64,000 nt of DNA from contig JACKMA010000009.1 in NCBI GenBank assembly GCA_024235635.1, positions 38,347 to 102,346 of the forward strand, written 5' to 3'. The stretch is from Zoogloeaceae bacterium. GTDB taxonomy: Bacteria > Pseudomonadota > Gammaproteobacteria > Burkholderiales > Rhodocyclaceae. How positions within the stretch are numbered: the first letter of the stretch is position 1; each line of letters opens with the position of its first letter. The notes beneath the pieces were generated by a model that was not told the DNA's origin, searched no databases, and was given only the letters and a program-made list of their open reading frames with translations. A program made the translations under genes and the position numbers. Below, one piece after another: positions 1 to 10,785 of the stretch.

Positions 1-661
1 GGACGCGCGCATGCACACCGTGTGCTCGACCGCGCTGAACCAGTTCCGCGTGCTCGCCGGCCTGCTCAAGCCGATCCTGCCGGGCGTCGCCGAGCAGGTC
101 GAAGGCTTCCTCAACATTGCCCCGCTCAAGTGGGGGCAGCTGAGCGAAGCATTGCCGGCAGGCCACGCGATCAACAAGTACCAGCATATGCTGACGCGCA
201 TCGAGCGGGTCCAGATCGACCGCTTGATCGAAGCCAACACGGCGTCGTTGGCACCGGCCGCCGACGGTGGCAATCCGCAGCGGCATGCCGAAAGCCAGCA
301 GAAGGAAGCCGAGGCCCAGGTCGCCGCCAGCGACACCATCGCCATCGACGACTTCACCAAGATCGATCTGCGCATCGCGCGCATCGTCTCTGCCGAACAC
401 GTCGAAGGGGCCGACAAGCTGCTGCGACTGCAACTCGACATCGGCGAAGAGCGGCCGCGCCAGGTGTTCGCCGGCATCAAGTCGGCCTACGACCCGTCGC
501 TGCTCGCCGGGCGGCTGACGGTGATGGTGGCCAACCTGGCACCGCGCAAGATGAAGTTCGGAATGTCGGAAGGCATGGTGCTGGCCGCCTCCGGCGACGG
601 GCCCGGCCTCTACATCCTGTCTCCCGACGACGGTGCCGTGCCCGGCATGCGGGTGCGTTGA
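1..661 (+). CDS. metG: Methionyl-tRNA synthetase, 3' part (runs in from before the window)
   Basis: Anticodon-binding helix (LKPILP) followed by C-terminal tRNA-binding OB domain: [39 protein letters not shown]. Confidence 0.95.
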   Translation, partial: DARMHTVCSTALNQFRVLAGLLKPILPGVAEQVEGFLNIAPLKWGQLSEALPAGHAINKYQHMLTRIERVQIDRLIEANTASLAPAADGGNPQRHAESQQKEAEAQVAASDTIAIDDFTKIDLRIARIVSAEHVEGADKLLRLQLDIGEERPRQVFAGIKSAYDPSLLAGRLTVMVANLAPRKMKFGMSEGMVLAASGDGPGLYILSPDDGAVPGMRVR

Positions 662-824
662 ACGGGCTGCATTGCCAGGCCCCCGTTCGCGGACGCAAAG
701 CATGCCACTGACCGCATCCAAACGCTGGTACGTGCAGCACCGCACCGGCCCCGGGGACTCTCTGGATCGCCATTGAGCGCGCAGCAGCCTGCTGCAGCGC
801 CCGTCACGATTCAGGAGACCCCCG

Positions 825-2507
825 ATGAAAGTCCGCTTCCACCCCAAGCTCCTCGACACACTGACCGACTACGGTCGCGGCCAGATGCTCCACGACGCGT
901 CGGCCGGCGCCACGGTCGGCGTGCTGGCGCTACCGCTGGCGATGGCCTTCGCGATCGCCAGCGGCATGAGCCCGGCGGCCGGCATCTGGACGGCGATCGT
1001 CGCCGGATTCCTGATTTCGCTGCTGGGCGGCTCGCGCGTCCAGATCGGTGGTCCGACCGGTGCCTTCATCCCGATCATCTACGCCATCGTCGTCGAGCAT
1101 GGCGTGCAGAATCTGCTGGTGGCGACGATGCTGGCCGGTGCAATGCTGGTGGCGATGGGTGCGTTCCGCCTCGGCAGCATGATCCGCTTCATTCCGATCT
1201 CGGTCGTCACCGGCTTCACCAATGGCATCGCGGTCGTGATCTTCCTGTCCCAGATCAAGGATTTCCTGGGCCTGTCGATCGACTCGCTGCCCGGTGATTT
1301 CTTCGGCCGCCTGAGTGCCCTGCTGGGCCACCTCGACACCGTGCACGGGCCGACCGTGGCGCTGTCGCTGGCCTCGCTGGCCGCACTGCTCGGCTGGAAC
1401 CGGCTCGGCCGCCGCATCGCCCTGTTCCGCGCGGTGCCCGGCCCCCTCGGCGTGCTGCTGGTGACGACCGCACTGACTGCCGCCCTGACACTTCCGGTCG
1501 AGACCATCGGCTCGCGCTTCGGCGGCATCCCGCAGGGTCTGCCGGCGATCGGCCTGCCCGAACTGGTTTGGTCAGATCTCGGCAAGCTGATCGCGCCGGC
1601 ACTGACGATCGCGATGCTCGGCGCCATCGAATCGCTGCTGTCGGCAAGGGTTGCCGACAACCGGATCGACGACCGGCACGATCCGAATCAGGAACTGCTG
1701 GCCCAGGGTGCCGCCAACCTGCTGGCACCGCTGTTCGGCGGCTTTGCCGCCACCGGCGCGATCGCCCGCACCGCGACCAACATCCGCGCCGGCGGACGGA
1801 CACCGGTTGCCGGCATGGTGCACGCACTGGTGCTGCTCGCGATCGTGCTGCTGTTCGCGCCGCTGGCCCGCCACATACCGCTGGCGACACTGTCGGCGAT
1901 CGTCGTCCTGGTCTCGGTCAACATGGGCGAATGGCACGCGTTCGCGCCGAGCGAACTGCGCCGCTTTTCGAGCACCTACCGGACGATCCTGCTCGGCGTC
2001 TTCCTGATCACCGTGGTCTTCGACCTGACCCTCGCGGTCGAGATCGGCATGGTGCTCGCGAGCCTGTTCTTCATCTACCGGATCTCCGACCTGACACGGA
2101 TCGAGCGGGTCCCGCTCGAGGATCACTATGGCGTGGAAGCACTGAGCCGGGCGGACGGATCGCACCGGATCCAGGCCTTCAGGCTCTACGGAAGCCTGTT
2201 CTTCGGTGCCGCCAACAAGCTCGAGACCCTGTTGCTGCAGCAGCCCGGACGTGCCGACGTGGTGATCCTCGACATGGACAAGCTGATCAACATCGACACC
2301 ACCGGCCTCGACATACTTCAAACCTTGCACCGGAATCTGCTAAAAAGAGGTGCGGCGCTGATTCTATGCGATCTCAATGCCCAGCCCGGCTCACTGCTCC
2401 GGCGCTCGGGCTTCATCGACCGTCTCGGCGCCGAAAATATTGCGGGCAACCTGACCGACGCGCTGCTCCGCGCGCAGGCCATCCAGCCCGCCACAAGCGC
2501 TCCCTGA
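825..2507 (+). CDS. sulP: SulP/SLC26 inorganic anion transporter with C-terminal STAS domain
   Basis: ALPLAMAFAIASG, GGSRVQIGGPTGA, ESLLSA, NQEL motifs; STAS (GSLFFGAA, IDTTG); SD CAGGAG upstream. Confidence 0.93.
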   Translation: MKVRFHPKLLDTLTDYGRGQMLHDASAGATVGVLALPLAMAFAIASGMSPAAGIWTAIVAGFLISLLGGSRVQIGGPTGAFIPIIYAIVVEHGVQNLLVATMLAGAMLVAMGAFRLGSMIRFIPISVVTGFTNGIAVVIFLSQIKDFLGLSIDSLPGDFFGRLSALLGHLDTVHGPTVALSLASLAALLGWNRLGRRIALFRAVPGPLGVLLVTTALTAALTLPVETIGSRFGGIPQGLPAIGLPELVWSDLGKLIAPALTIAMLGAIESLLSARVADNRIDDRHDPNQELLAQGAANLLAPLFGGFAATGAIARTATNIRAGGRTPVAGMVHALVLLAIVLLFAPLARHIPLATLSAIVVLVSVNMGEWHAFAPSELRRFSSTYRTILLGVFLITVVFDLTLAVEIGMVLASLFFIYRISDLTRIERVPLEDHYGVEALSRADGSHRIQAFRLYGSLFFGAANKLETLLLQQPGRADVVILDMDKLINIDTTGLDILQTLHRNLLKRGAALILCDLNAQPGSLLRRSGFIDRLGAENIAGNLTDALLRAQAIQPATSAP

Positions 2508-2541
2508 CGCCATGGCGCAGAGGAGCCGGGAGGGGAAGACG

Positions 2542-2823
2542 ATGAACATCATTTGCCGCCACCTGCTGATCAGGGGCAAGGTCCAGGGTGTCTACTATCG
2601 TATGACAGCCCGCAACGAGGCGATCGCGCACGGGCTTAGCGGCTGGGTCCGCAACCGCACCGACGGCTGCGTCGAGGCTGTCGTCAATGGTCCGGAGCTC
2701 GCCGTCCGTGCATTCATCGACTGGGCCTTTCAGGGCCCCCCCGCCGCCCGCGTCGATGCGGTCGAGGTCGAGGAATCGGAAGACGCCAGCCACACCGGTT
2801 TCTCGATGCGCTCGACGGTCTGA
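2542..2823 (+). CDS. acyP: Acylphosphatase
   Basis: IRGKVQGVYYR and GWVRNRTDGCVE signatures; start chosen at ATG 2542. Confidence 0.92.
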   Translation: MNIICRHLLIRGKVQGVYYRMTARNEAIAHGLSGWVRNRTDGCVEAVVNGPELAVRAFIDWAFQGPPAARVDAVEVEESEDASHTGFSMRSTV

Positions 2824-2876
2824 ACAGCCGCGCTGCCGGGCATCGGTCGCCGCGGCTCGCCGGCCGCGCGCCGCCG

Positions 2877-5800
2877 TCAGGCCAGATAGACCAGTTCGAC
2901 GTCCTCGGGCTCGAGCCAGTCGCGCAGCCCTTCGATCAAGGCCTCCTCCGGGCGGACCTTCCAGCCACCACCGAGCGGCAGTTCGGCCTCGGCGTCGGTG
3001 TTGCGATAGCGCACGCTGACCGGACACTCGCCATCGCGAAACGGCGCCAGCAAGCCCTGCAGGCGCTCGACCGCGGCGGCTGCGCCGCTGCGCGACACTT
3101 CACCATTGACCCGTATCTGCAATGCACGGGCAAAGCGGGCGCGTGCCTCGCCGAGGCTCATCAGACGCTCGGCCACGACCCTGAGCCCGCCCGAAAAATC
3201 GTCGTTGCCGACCTTGACGTCGGCTACCAGCAATTCGTCGACGACGATCCGGTCACGTTCCCGATCGAACAATTCCGAGAACACCGAGACTTCCCGCGGA
3301 TGGCTGCCGTCGTCGATCAGCACGAAGGCGATCTTGCCGCGGGCGGTGATCTTGGTGCGCACCTCCATCACCACGCCAGCAACGGTCACCACGTCCTTCG
3401 ATGCTTCGAGCCGGGCCAGGGGACGGCGCACGAAGCGGCGCACCTCCCCCTCGTAGGCATGGAACGGATGTCCCGACAGGAAGAAGCCGATGGCCGTCTT
3501 TTCCTCCTTGAGGCGTTCCTTTTCAGTCCACGGACGCACCTGCGCATAGTCGGCCGGCGGCCCCGCCGACTCGGGCAGCATGTCGAACAGACCGCCCTGC
3601 AGTGCGTTGGCCGCGGCCTGTTCGGCTGCCTCCATCGCGACCGGCACGGTACCGAGCAACTGCGCGCGATCGACGCCCCGCGAGCCATCGAGGGCATCGA
3701 AGGCACCGGCGCGGATCAGTGCCTCGACGACCCGGCGGTTGACCGCCCTGCGGTCGACCCGCGCACAGAAGTCGAACAGATCGGAGAACGGCTCGCCGTC
3801 CTCGCGCGCAGCGATGATCGCCAGCACCGCCGGCTCGCCGACACCCTTGACCGCGCCGAGGCCGTAGCGGACCGTCTTCGGATCGGTCGGCACGAAGCGG
3901 TAGAGGGAGGCATTGACGTCCGGCGGCAGCACCGCAATGCCGTTGGCCAGGGTGTCTTCGAAGAAGATCTTGACCGTGTCGGTGTTGTCCAGGTCCGACG
4001 ACATCGTCGCCGCCATGAAGGCAGCGCAATGGTAGGCCTTGAGCCACGCGGTATGGTAGGTCACGACCGCGTAGGCGGCGGTGTGCGACTTGTTGAAGCC
4101 GTACTCCGCGAACTTGGTCATCAGTTCGAACAGGTGCTCGGCAAGTGCCGGATCGTAACCCTGTCTCACGGCGCCATCGCGAATGATCTCGCGATGCTTG
4201 GCCATCTCGGCCGGCTTCTTCTTGCCCATCGCCCGGCGCAGCATGTCGGCGCCTCCGAGCGTGTATCCCCCGATGATCTGGGAGATCTGCATCACCTGCT
4301 CCTGATAGACGATGACGCCATAGGTCGGCTCGAGGCAGGCCTTCAGATCGGGGTGGAAGTAATCGATCTCCTGCTGTCCCTTCTTGCGCAGGATGAAATC
4401 GTCCACCATGCCCGAGCCGAGCGGGCCGGGCCGGTACAGCGCCAACACCGCGATGATGTCCTCGAAGCGGTCCGGCTGCAGCTTCTTCAGGAGCTTCTTC
4501 ATGCCGTCCGATTCGACCTGGAAGATCGCCGTGGTATTGGCGTCCTTCAGCACCTGATAGGCGGCCGGGTCCTCGAAGCCCAGGCTCATCAGATCCGGTC
4601 GCTCGCCGGTGAGTTGCCCGACGTACTTCAGCGCCAGTTCGATGATGGTCAGGTTGCGCAGGCCGAGGAAGTCGAACTTGACCAGACCGACCGCCTCGAC
4701 ATCATCCTTGTCGTACTGGGAGACCGGCGTCGCATCGTCGCCGTCGGCGATGTAGAGCGGGCAGAAATCCGTCAGCTTGCCCGGTGCGATCAGCACGCCG
4801 CCGGCATGCATGCCGACGCCACGGGTCAGCCCCTCGAGCGGCAGCGCCAGCTCCCACAACTCGGTCACTGACTCGCCGTCGCCGGGATCGGCCATCATTT
4901 CCGATATCTGCGGTTCCTGCTCGCGCGCCTCGATCAGCCCCAACGGCTTGTTCTGGACCACCGGAATCAGCTTCGACAGGCGATCGCAGAGGCCATAGGG
5001 CAGATCCAGCACTCGCCCGACGTCGCGCACCACCGCCTTCGACGCCATCGTGCCGAAGGTCGCGATCTGCGAGACCGCGTCCGCGCCGTAGCGACTGCGC
5101 ACGTACTCGATGACCTTGTAGCGATTGTCCTGGCAGAAGTCGATGTCGAAGTCGGGCATCGACACCCGCTCCGGATTCAGGAAGCGCTCGAATAGCAAGG
5201 CGTATTCAAGCGGGTCGAGGTCGGTGATGCGCAGGCTGTAGGCCACCAGCGATCCGGCGCCAGAGCCACGGCCCGGACCGACCGGCACGCCGTTCTCCTT
5301 GGCCCAGTTGATGAAGTCGGCGACGATCAGGAAGTAGCCGGGGAAGCCCATCTGCACGATCGTGTCGGTTTCGATCTTGAGGCGTTCCTCGTAGCGCGGC
5401 CGCTGGCGCGCGCGCTCGACCTCGTCGGGATAGAGTTCCTTCAGCCGCTCCTCGAGGCCTGCCGTCGCCTCGGCGACCAGGAAGTCGTCCAGGCCCATGC
5501 CTTTCGGCGTCGGGAATTGCGGCAGGAAGTTGGTGCCGAGTTGCACCTCCAGCGAGCAGCGGCGCGCGATCTCGACCGCGTTTTCGAGCGCTTCCGGCAG
5601 ATCCGCGAACAGCGCGCACATCTCGTCCTGGCTCTTGAAGTACTGCTCGTCGGTGAACAGGCGCGGTCGGCGCCGGTCGGCGAGGACGTAGCCCTGGGCG
5701 ATGCAGACGCGTGCCTCGTGGGCCTTGAAGTCCTCCCGCCGCGCGAACTGGATCGGATGGGTCGCGACCACCGGCAGCCCGAGTTCGTCGGCCAGCACGA

Positions 5801-6368
5801 CCGCATCGCGTACGTAGGCCTCGGTGCCGGCATGACCTGCCCGCTGCAATTCGATGTAATAGGCGTCGGGAAAGTCCCGCGCCCAGTCCACTGCCCGCTT
5901 GCGGGCCAGCGCAGCGTTGCCGCGCGCCAGCGCCTCGCCGACGTCCCCCCCCATCGCGCCGGACAGGCAGATCAACCCGCTGGCATGCTCGGGCACCAGC
6001 CACTCGCGACGGATCTCGGCGCGTCCGCGGAACTTGTTCTCCATGTACGCGCGGGTCAGTAGTTCACAGAGCTGGCCGTAGCCGCTGCGGTCGCGGCAGA
6101 TCAGCAGCACCCGCCAGGGCTTGTCGCGATCACCGTCGTTGCACAGCCAGACGTCGCAGCCGATGATCGGCTTGATCCCCTTGCCACGCGCGCCCTTGTA
6201 GAACTTGACCATGCCGAACAGATTGCCGAGGTCCGAGATCCCGATCGCCGGCATGTGGTCCGCGACCGCCGCGGAAAGGGCCTGACCGATCATCGCGATT
6301 CCGTCGGAAACGGAGTACTCGGTGTGCAGGCGGAGGTGGACGAAGCGGGGATCGAGGCTCGAATTCAT
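2877..6368 (-). CDS. dnaE: DNA polymerase III alpha subunit
   Basis: PHP domain FVHLRLHTEYS, GPGRGSGAGS, ERVSMPDFDIDF, GFNKSH; start trimmed to ATG 6368 (MNSSLDPRF). Confidence 0.97.
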   Translation of the reverse strand: MNSSLDPRFVHLRLHTEYSVSDGIAMIGQALSAAVADHMPAIGISDLGNLFGMVKFYKGARGKGIKPIIGCDVWLCNDGDRDKPWRVLLICRDRSGYGQLCELLTRAYMENKFRGRAEIRREWLVPEHASGLICLSGAMGGDVGEALARGNAALARKRAVDWARDFPDAYYIELQRAGHAGTEAYVRDAVVLADELGLPVVATHPIQFARREDFKAHEARVCIAQGYVLADRRRPRLFTDEQYFKSQDEMCALFADLPEALENAVEIARRCSLEVQLGTNFLPQFPTPKGMGLDDFLVAEATAGLEERLKELYPDEVERARQRPRYEERLKIETDTIVQMGFPGYFLIVADFINWAKENGVPVGPGRGSGAGSLVAYSLRITDLDPLEYALLFERFLNPERVSMPDFDIDFCQDNRYKVIEYVRSRYGADAVSQIATFGTMASKAVVRDVGRVLDLPYGLCDRLSKLIPVVQNKPLGLIEAREQEPQISEMMADPGDGESVTELWELALPLEGLTRGVGMHAGGVLIAPGKLTDFCPLYIADGDDATPVSQYDKDDVEAVGLVKFDFLGLRNLTIIELALKYVGQLTGERPDLMSLGFEDPAAYQVLKDANTTAIFQVESDGMKKLLKKLQPDRFEDIIAVLALYRPGPLGSGMVDDFILRKKGQQEIDYFHPDLKACLEPTYGVIVYQEQVMQISQIIGGYTLGGADMLRRAMGKKKPAEMAKHREIIRDGAVRQGYDPALAEHLFELMTKFAEYGFNKSHTAAYAVVTYHTAWLKAYHCAAFMAATMSSDLDNTDTVKIFFEDTLANGIAVLPPDVNASLYRFVPTDPKTVRYGLGAVKGVGEPAVLAIIAAREDGEPFSDLFDFCARVDRRAVNRRVVEALIRAGAFDALDGSRGVDRAQLLGTVPVAMEAAEQAAANALQGGLFDMLPESAGPPADYAQVRPWTEKERLKEEKTAIGFFLSGHPFHAYEGEVRRFVRRPLARLEASKDVVTVAGVVMEVRTKITARGKIAFVLIDDGSHPREVSVFSELFDRERDRIVVDELLVADVKVGNDDFSGGLRVVAERLMSLGEARARFARALQIRVNGEVSRSGAAAAVERLQGLLAPFRDGECPVSVRYRNTDAEAELPLGGGWKVRPEEALIEGLRDWLEPEDVELVYLA

Positions 6369-6592
6369 GGGCTCGAATTCTACCCTTGCGGCCACCACCG
6401 GCGCCGCGCATGCGACGAATGTCGGCCAATGATCCGAGTCGCCCATCGCAGGCCATGACGGTCGGGGTGTATCGGGCAAAGTGGCCGGGCGCGGACCGTC
6501 GCGATGGCGGGCGCGATCGCGAGGATCGGCAACGCTGCCACGGCGCACGGTGGGCGCTTTGGTGTTCCGGCTATTGGCTGGGACGAAAGCGA

Positions 6593-7543
6593 CTAGATCA
6601 GGGACAGCCCGCGCAACACCATCACGCCGATGCTGGTGGTCAGGATCGAGCCGACCGTGGTCAACGCGATGATATTGGCTGCAAGCGTCGCGTTGCCCCC
6701 CATCGCCCGCACCATCACGTAGCTCGCCGCAGCCGTCGGTGCCGATGACATCAACAGCAGCACGCCGAGATCGATGCCGCGAAAGCCCCAGGCGAGCGCG
6801 CCGAGCACGAAGGTGAGCGGCACCGCCACCAGCTTGGCGGCACTGGCCAGCATCGTGCTGCCGACCTCGCGGCGCAGTTGCCGGAAATCCAGCGCTGCGC
6901 CGGTACAGAGCAGGGCCAGCGGCAGCGTCAGGTTGGCAAAGTACTGCCCGGACTGCAGCGCCCAGCCAGGCAGGTCCAGCGCCAGCCAGGAGACCGGCAG
7001 CGCCAGCACGATCGCAATGATCAGCGGGTTGGTGGCGATGCTGCGCGCCGTCGCGCCGAGCCCCTGGCTGCGGTTGAGCGATCGGCCCAGCGTGATCACC
7101 GCGATCACGTTGAAGACGATGGTGACCAGCGCCAGATAGAGGGACGCAGCCACCAGGCCGTCGTCGCCATAGGCATTCACGCAGTAGGCCAGACCGACGA
7201 TGCCCATGTTCGAGCGAAAGCCGCCCTGCACCACGACGCCGCGATCGCGCGGCTCGGACACCAGCCGCGCGGCGATGACTTCGAGCACCAGCCAGACGAC
7301 GATGCTGGCAACGACGCCAAAGGCGATCAGTTCGGGATTGGCGGCGTCATCGAAGCGAGTCTTGCCGATGCCGATGAACAGCAGTGCCGGCAAGGCCACG
7401 TTGAACACCAGGCGCGAGCCGGTGTTGACGAAGGCGTCATCGATCAGTCGGCGTCGCATCAGCCAGTAGCCGAGCGCGAGCACGACGAAGATCGGTCCGG
7501 TGACCGACAGCGAGAAGTCGATGACGCCGAGGAGATCGCTCAC
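6593..7543 (-). CDS. AEC (auxin efflux carrier/malate permease) family transporter
   Basis: Highly hydrophobic; LVFNVALPALLF, FRSNMGIVGL, NPLIIA, PTAAASYV motifs; GTG start at 7543 inferred. Confidence 0.85.
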   Translation of the reverse strand: MSDLLGVIDFSLSVTGPIFVVLALGYWLMRRRLIDDAFVNTGSRLVFNVALPALLFIGIGKTRFDDAANPELIAFGVVASIVVWLVLEVIAARLVSEPRDRGVVVQGGFRSNMGIVGLAYCVNAYGDDGLVAASLYLALVTIVFNVIAVITLGRSLNRSQGLGATARSIATNPLIIAIVLALPVSWLALDLPGWALQSGQYFANLTLPLALLCTGAALDFRQLRREVGSTMLASAAKLVAVPLTFVLGALAWGFRGIDLGVLLLMSSAPTAAASYVMVRAMGGNATLAANIIALTTVGSILTTSIGVMVLRGLSLI

Positions 7544-7547
7544 ACGG

Positions 7548-10500
7548 TCATGCCGCGTCGCGTCCATCCGGCTGTCGCACCCGATACCAGGCCGCATACA
7601 GCGAAGGCAGGAAGATCAGCGTGAGCACCGTGGCGATCGCCAGCCCGCCCATGATGGCGACGGCCATCGGCCCGAAGAAGGCGCTTCGGGTGAGCGGAAT
7701 CATCGCCAGGATCGCCGCCGCGGCGGTCAGCATGATCGGGCGAAAGCGACGCACAGTGGCCTCGACGATGGCCTCCCAACGGGATTTTCCGGCATCGAGA
7801 TCCTGCTGGATCTGGTCCACCAGGATCACGCTGTTGCGCATGATCATGCCCGACAGCGCGATCGACCCGATCATCGCGACGAAGCCGAACGGCTTGCCGA
7901 ACAGCAACAGTGCGGCGGTGATGCCGATCAGCCCGAGGGGCGCCGTCAGCAGCACCATCGCGACCAGCGAAAAGTTCTGCAGCTGGAGCATCAGCACGGT
8001 CAGCACGACGATGAACAGCAGTGGCACGCCGGCTGCGACCGACCCTCCGCCCTTGGCCGATTCCTCGACTGCTCCGCCGGTCTCGATGCGATAGCCGAGC
8101 GGCAGTTCCGCCCGGATCGAATCGATCCGCTCGGCAAGCTGGGAGACGACGACGGCCGGCTGGACGTCACCGTACAGATTCGCGCGGACGGTCACCGTCG
8201 GGATTCGGTTGCGCCGCCAGACGACGCCCTCCTCGAAGCCCGGCTCGACAGTCGCCACCTGGGCCAACGGCACGATGCGGCCGTCCGGGCCCGGGATCGA
8301 CAGATCGGCGAGATTGGACGGGCGCCCGCGCTCGAACGCCGATCCTCGCAGCACCACGTCGATGGTCTCGGTTCCCTCGCGAAACTGGGTCACCGTGACG
8401 CCGTCGAGGGCGGCGTCGAGAATGCGCGCGATGTCCTCGCTCGACAGCCCGACCAGCCGGGCGCGGTCCTGATCGATTCGCACGCGCAGGACCTTCGAGG
8501 GGGTCGCCCAGTCGGTCTGGACGTTCGACAACTGGGCGTTGCCGCGCATCATGTCGGCGATCAGTCCGGCGATCTGCCGCAGTTCGTCGAAGTCGGCGCC
8601 ACTGACCCGGTACTGCACCGGGAATCCGACCGGTGGCCCGTTCTCGAGCCGGTTGATCGCGGCGGTGACGCCGCCGGCATGGTGCGCATAGAAGTCGATC
8701 AGGCGAGTGCGCAGCGCCTCGCGCTGCGCCGGCCCTTCGGTCAGGATCACGAACTGGGCGAAGCTGGTCTGCGGCAGTTGCTGATCGAGCGGCAGGTAGA
8801 AGCGCGGACTGCCGGACGCGACGTAGGCGACGAAGTTCTCGATGCCGTCGGCCTGTCCGAGCACGGCTTCGAGTTCCTCGACGGCCGCCAGCGTGGCCGT
8901 GCGCGACGCGCTCTCGGCCAGACGCAGGTCCACCAGCAGCTCCGGACGCGTCGAGTCCGGAAAGAATTGTTGCGGCACGAAGCGGAAGGCATAGAGCGCA
9001 CCGACGAACGCCAGCACGGTCGCGAGGATCACCGTCCAGCGAAAGCGCACGCAGCCGTTCACGAACGAGCGAAAAGCGCGGTAGAAGCGCGAATCGTACT
9101 GGCCGTGTTCGTGCCGGGCGCCTTCGCCACCGGTGCCACCGCCGAAGCCGAGTCGACCGAGCAGGCGCGCCGTCAGGCTCGCGCTGGCCTTGCGCGCGGC
9201 GAAATCCGGCAGCAGGTGAAAACCCAGGTAGGGCACGAACAGCACCGCCGCGATCCACGACACCAGCAGCGCGATCACCGTCACCTGGAACAGCGAGCGG
9301 GTATATTCGCCGGTGCTCGACGCCGCCGTCGCGATCGGCAGAAAGCCGGCCGCGGTCACCAGCGTGCCGGAGAGCATCGGCATCGCCGTCGACGTGAACG
9401 CGAAGCCGGCGGCCTTGGCGCGCTCCAGGCCCTGCTCCATCTTCGTCGCCATCATCTCGACCGCAATGATCGCGTCATCCACCAGCAGACCGAGCGCCAG
9501 GATCAGCGCCCCGAGCGAGATCTTGTGCAGGCCGATGCCGAACAGGTGCATGAACAGAAAGGTGACCGCCAGCACCACCGGTATCGAGATCGCGACCACG
9601 ACCCCGGTGCGCAGCCCGAGCGACAACAGGCTGACCGCCAGCACGATGACGACGGCCTCGGTCAGCGCGCGGATGAACTCGTTGATCGATCGTTGCACTG
9701 CCCGCGGCTGGTCGGCGACGCGGGCGAGCTCGATTCCTGCCGGCAGTTGCGACTGGATCCGGGCGATCGCTTCGTCGAGGTGGCGACCGAGGGCGATGAT
9801 ATCGCCGCCGTCGCGCATCGACACGCCGATCCCCAACGCCTGTCGCCCCTCGAATCGCAAGCTGTCCTCGGGCGGGTCCACGAATCCACGGGAGACCTCG
9901 GCGATGTCGCCGAGCCGCAGGCTGCGTTCGCCGACCCGCAGCACGGTGCCGCGGATCGCCTCGAGGCTGTGGTATTCACCGTCCGGGCGCAGGTAGATGC
10001 GCTCCGCGCTGGTTTCGAAGAAACCGGCACCCGCCTTTGCGTTCTGCTCGTTGATCGCGGCGATGATATCGGCCGCGCGGATGCCGAGGGTCGCCAGCCT
10101 GGCCGCCGACAATTCGATGAAGACCCGCTGCGGCTGCTCGCCGAAGAACTCGACCTTGGCCACGTCCGCTACCCGCAGCAGCTCGTTGCGGATGGCCTCG
10201 GCAAAGCGCTTGAGCTCGGCATAGTCGAGGCCCTCGCCGAGCAACGCAAAGATATTGCCGAAGGTGTCGCCGAATTCGTCGTTGAAGCTCGGGCCGATCA
10301 CGCCCTGGGGCAAGGTGTGGCGGATGTCGCCGATCTTCTTGCGGACCTGGTACCAGATCTCCGGAATCTCGCCGGGCGGCGTCGAATCCTTGACCGTGAA
10401 GAACACCATCGCCTCGCCCGGCCGCGAGTACGAGCGGATGAAGTCGGTCTGTGCCACTTCCTGCAGCTTGCGCTCGATCTTGTCGGTGACCTGCAGCTCG

Positions 10501-10685
10501 ACCTCACGCGCCGACGCACCTGGCCACTCGGCCCTCACCACCATGACCTTGAAGGTGAACGGTGGGTCCTCCGATTGGCCGAGCCGGCCGTACGACGCCA
10601 TACCGATCAGGGTCAGCACAACCATCAGGTAGAGCACCAGGCTCTGGTGTCGCAGCCCCCAGTCGGAGAGGTTGAATCGGTTCAT
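7548..10685 (-). CDS. RND efflux permease (AcrB/AcrD/AcrF family)
   Basis: GLLVDDAIIAVE, QFFP, RNSVILVD, RFRPIMLT; start at MNRFNLS. Confidence 0.93.
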   Translation of the reverse strand: MNRFNLSDWGLRHQSLVLYLMVVLTLIGMASYGRLGQSEDPPFTFKVMVVRAEWPGASAREVELQVTDKIERKLQEVAQTDFIRSYSRPGEAMVFFTVKDSTPPGEIPEIWYQVRKKIGDIRHTLPQGVIGPSFNDEFGDTFGNIFALLGEGLDYAELKRFAEAIRNELLRVADVAKVEFFGEQPQRVFIELSAARLATLGIRAADIIAAINEQNAKAGAGFFETSAERIYLRPDGEYHSLEAIRGTVLRVGERSLRLGDIAEVSRGFVDPPEDSLRFEGRQALGIGVSMRDGGDIIALGRHLDEAIARIQSQLPAGIELARVADQPRAVQRSINEFIRALTEAVVIVLAVSLLSLGLRTGVVVAISIPVVLAVTFLFMHLFGIGLHKISLGALILALGLLVDDAIIAVEMMATKMEQGLERAKAAGFAFTSTAMPMLSGTLVTAAGFLPIATAASSTGEYTRSLFQVTVIALLVSWIAAVLFVPYLGFHLLPDFAARKASASLTARLLGRLGFGGGTGGEGARHEHGQYDSRFYRAFRSFVNGCVRFRWTVILATVLAFVGALYAFRFVPQQFFPDSTRPELLVDLRLAESASRTATLAAVEELEAVLGQADGIENFVAYVASGSPRFYLPLDQQLPQTSFAQFVILTEGPAQREALRTRLIDFYAHHAGGVTAAINRLENGPPVGFPVQYRVSGADFDELRQIAGLIADMMRGNAQLSNVQTDWATPSKVLRVRIDQDRARLVGLSSEDIARILDAALDGVTVTQFREGTETIDVVLRGSAFERGRPSNLADLSIPGPDGRIVPLAQVATVEPGFEEGVVWRRNRIPTVTVRANLYGDVQPAVVVSQLAERIDSIRAELPLGYRIETGGAVEESAKGGGSVAAGVPLLFIVVLTVLMLQLQNFSLVAMVLLTAPLGLIGITAALLLFGKPFGFVAMIGSIALSGMIMRNSVILVDQIQQDLDAGKSRWEAIVEATVRRFRPIMLTAAAAILAMIPLTRSAFFGPMAVAIMGGLAIATVLTLIFLPSLYAAWYRVRQPDGRDAA

Positions 10686-10785
10686 CGACGCGGCCTCCGC
10701 TCGGCGGCCCCGGGGTCGGCCACCGGCCCCGGCCGACGGCCCGTACCGGATCCGCGCACTGCCGGCCCGGGTGTCGCGGTCGTGA

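Noticed and set aside
730-801. TGC-rich stretches and a GC hairpin upstream of sulP (PhaR-like?)
   Set aside because: Imperfect matches that arise easily by chance at this GC content
2877-6548. N-terminal extension or intein in DnaE
   Set aside because: Real start at 6368 gives a normal-length protein; no intein motifs seen
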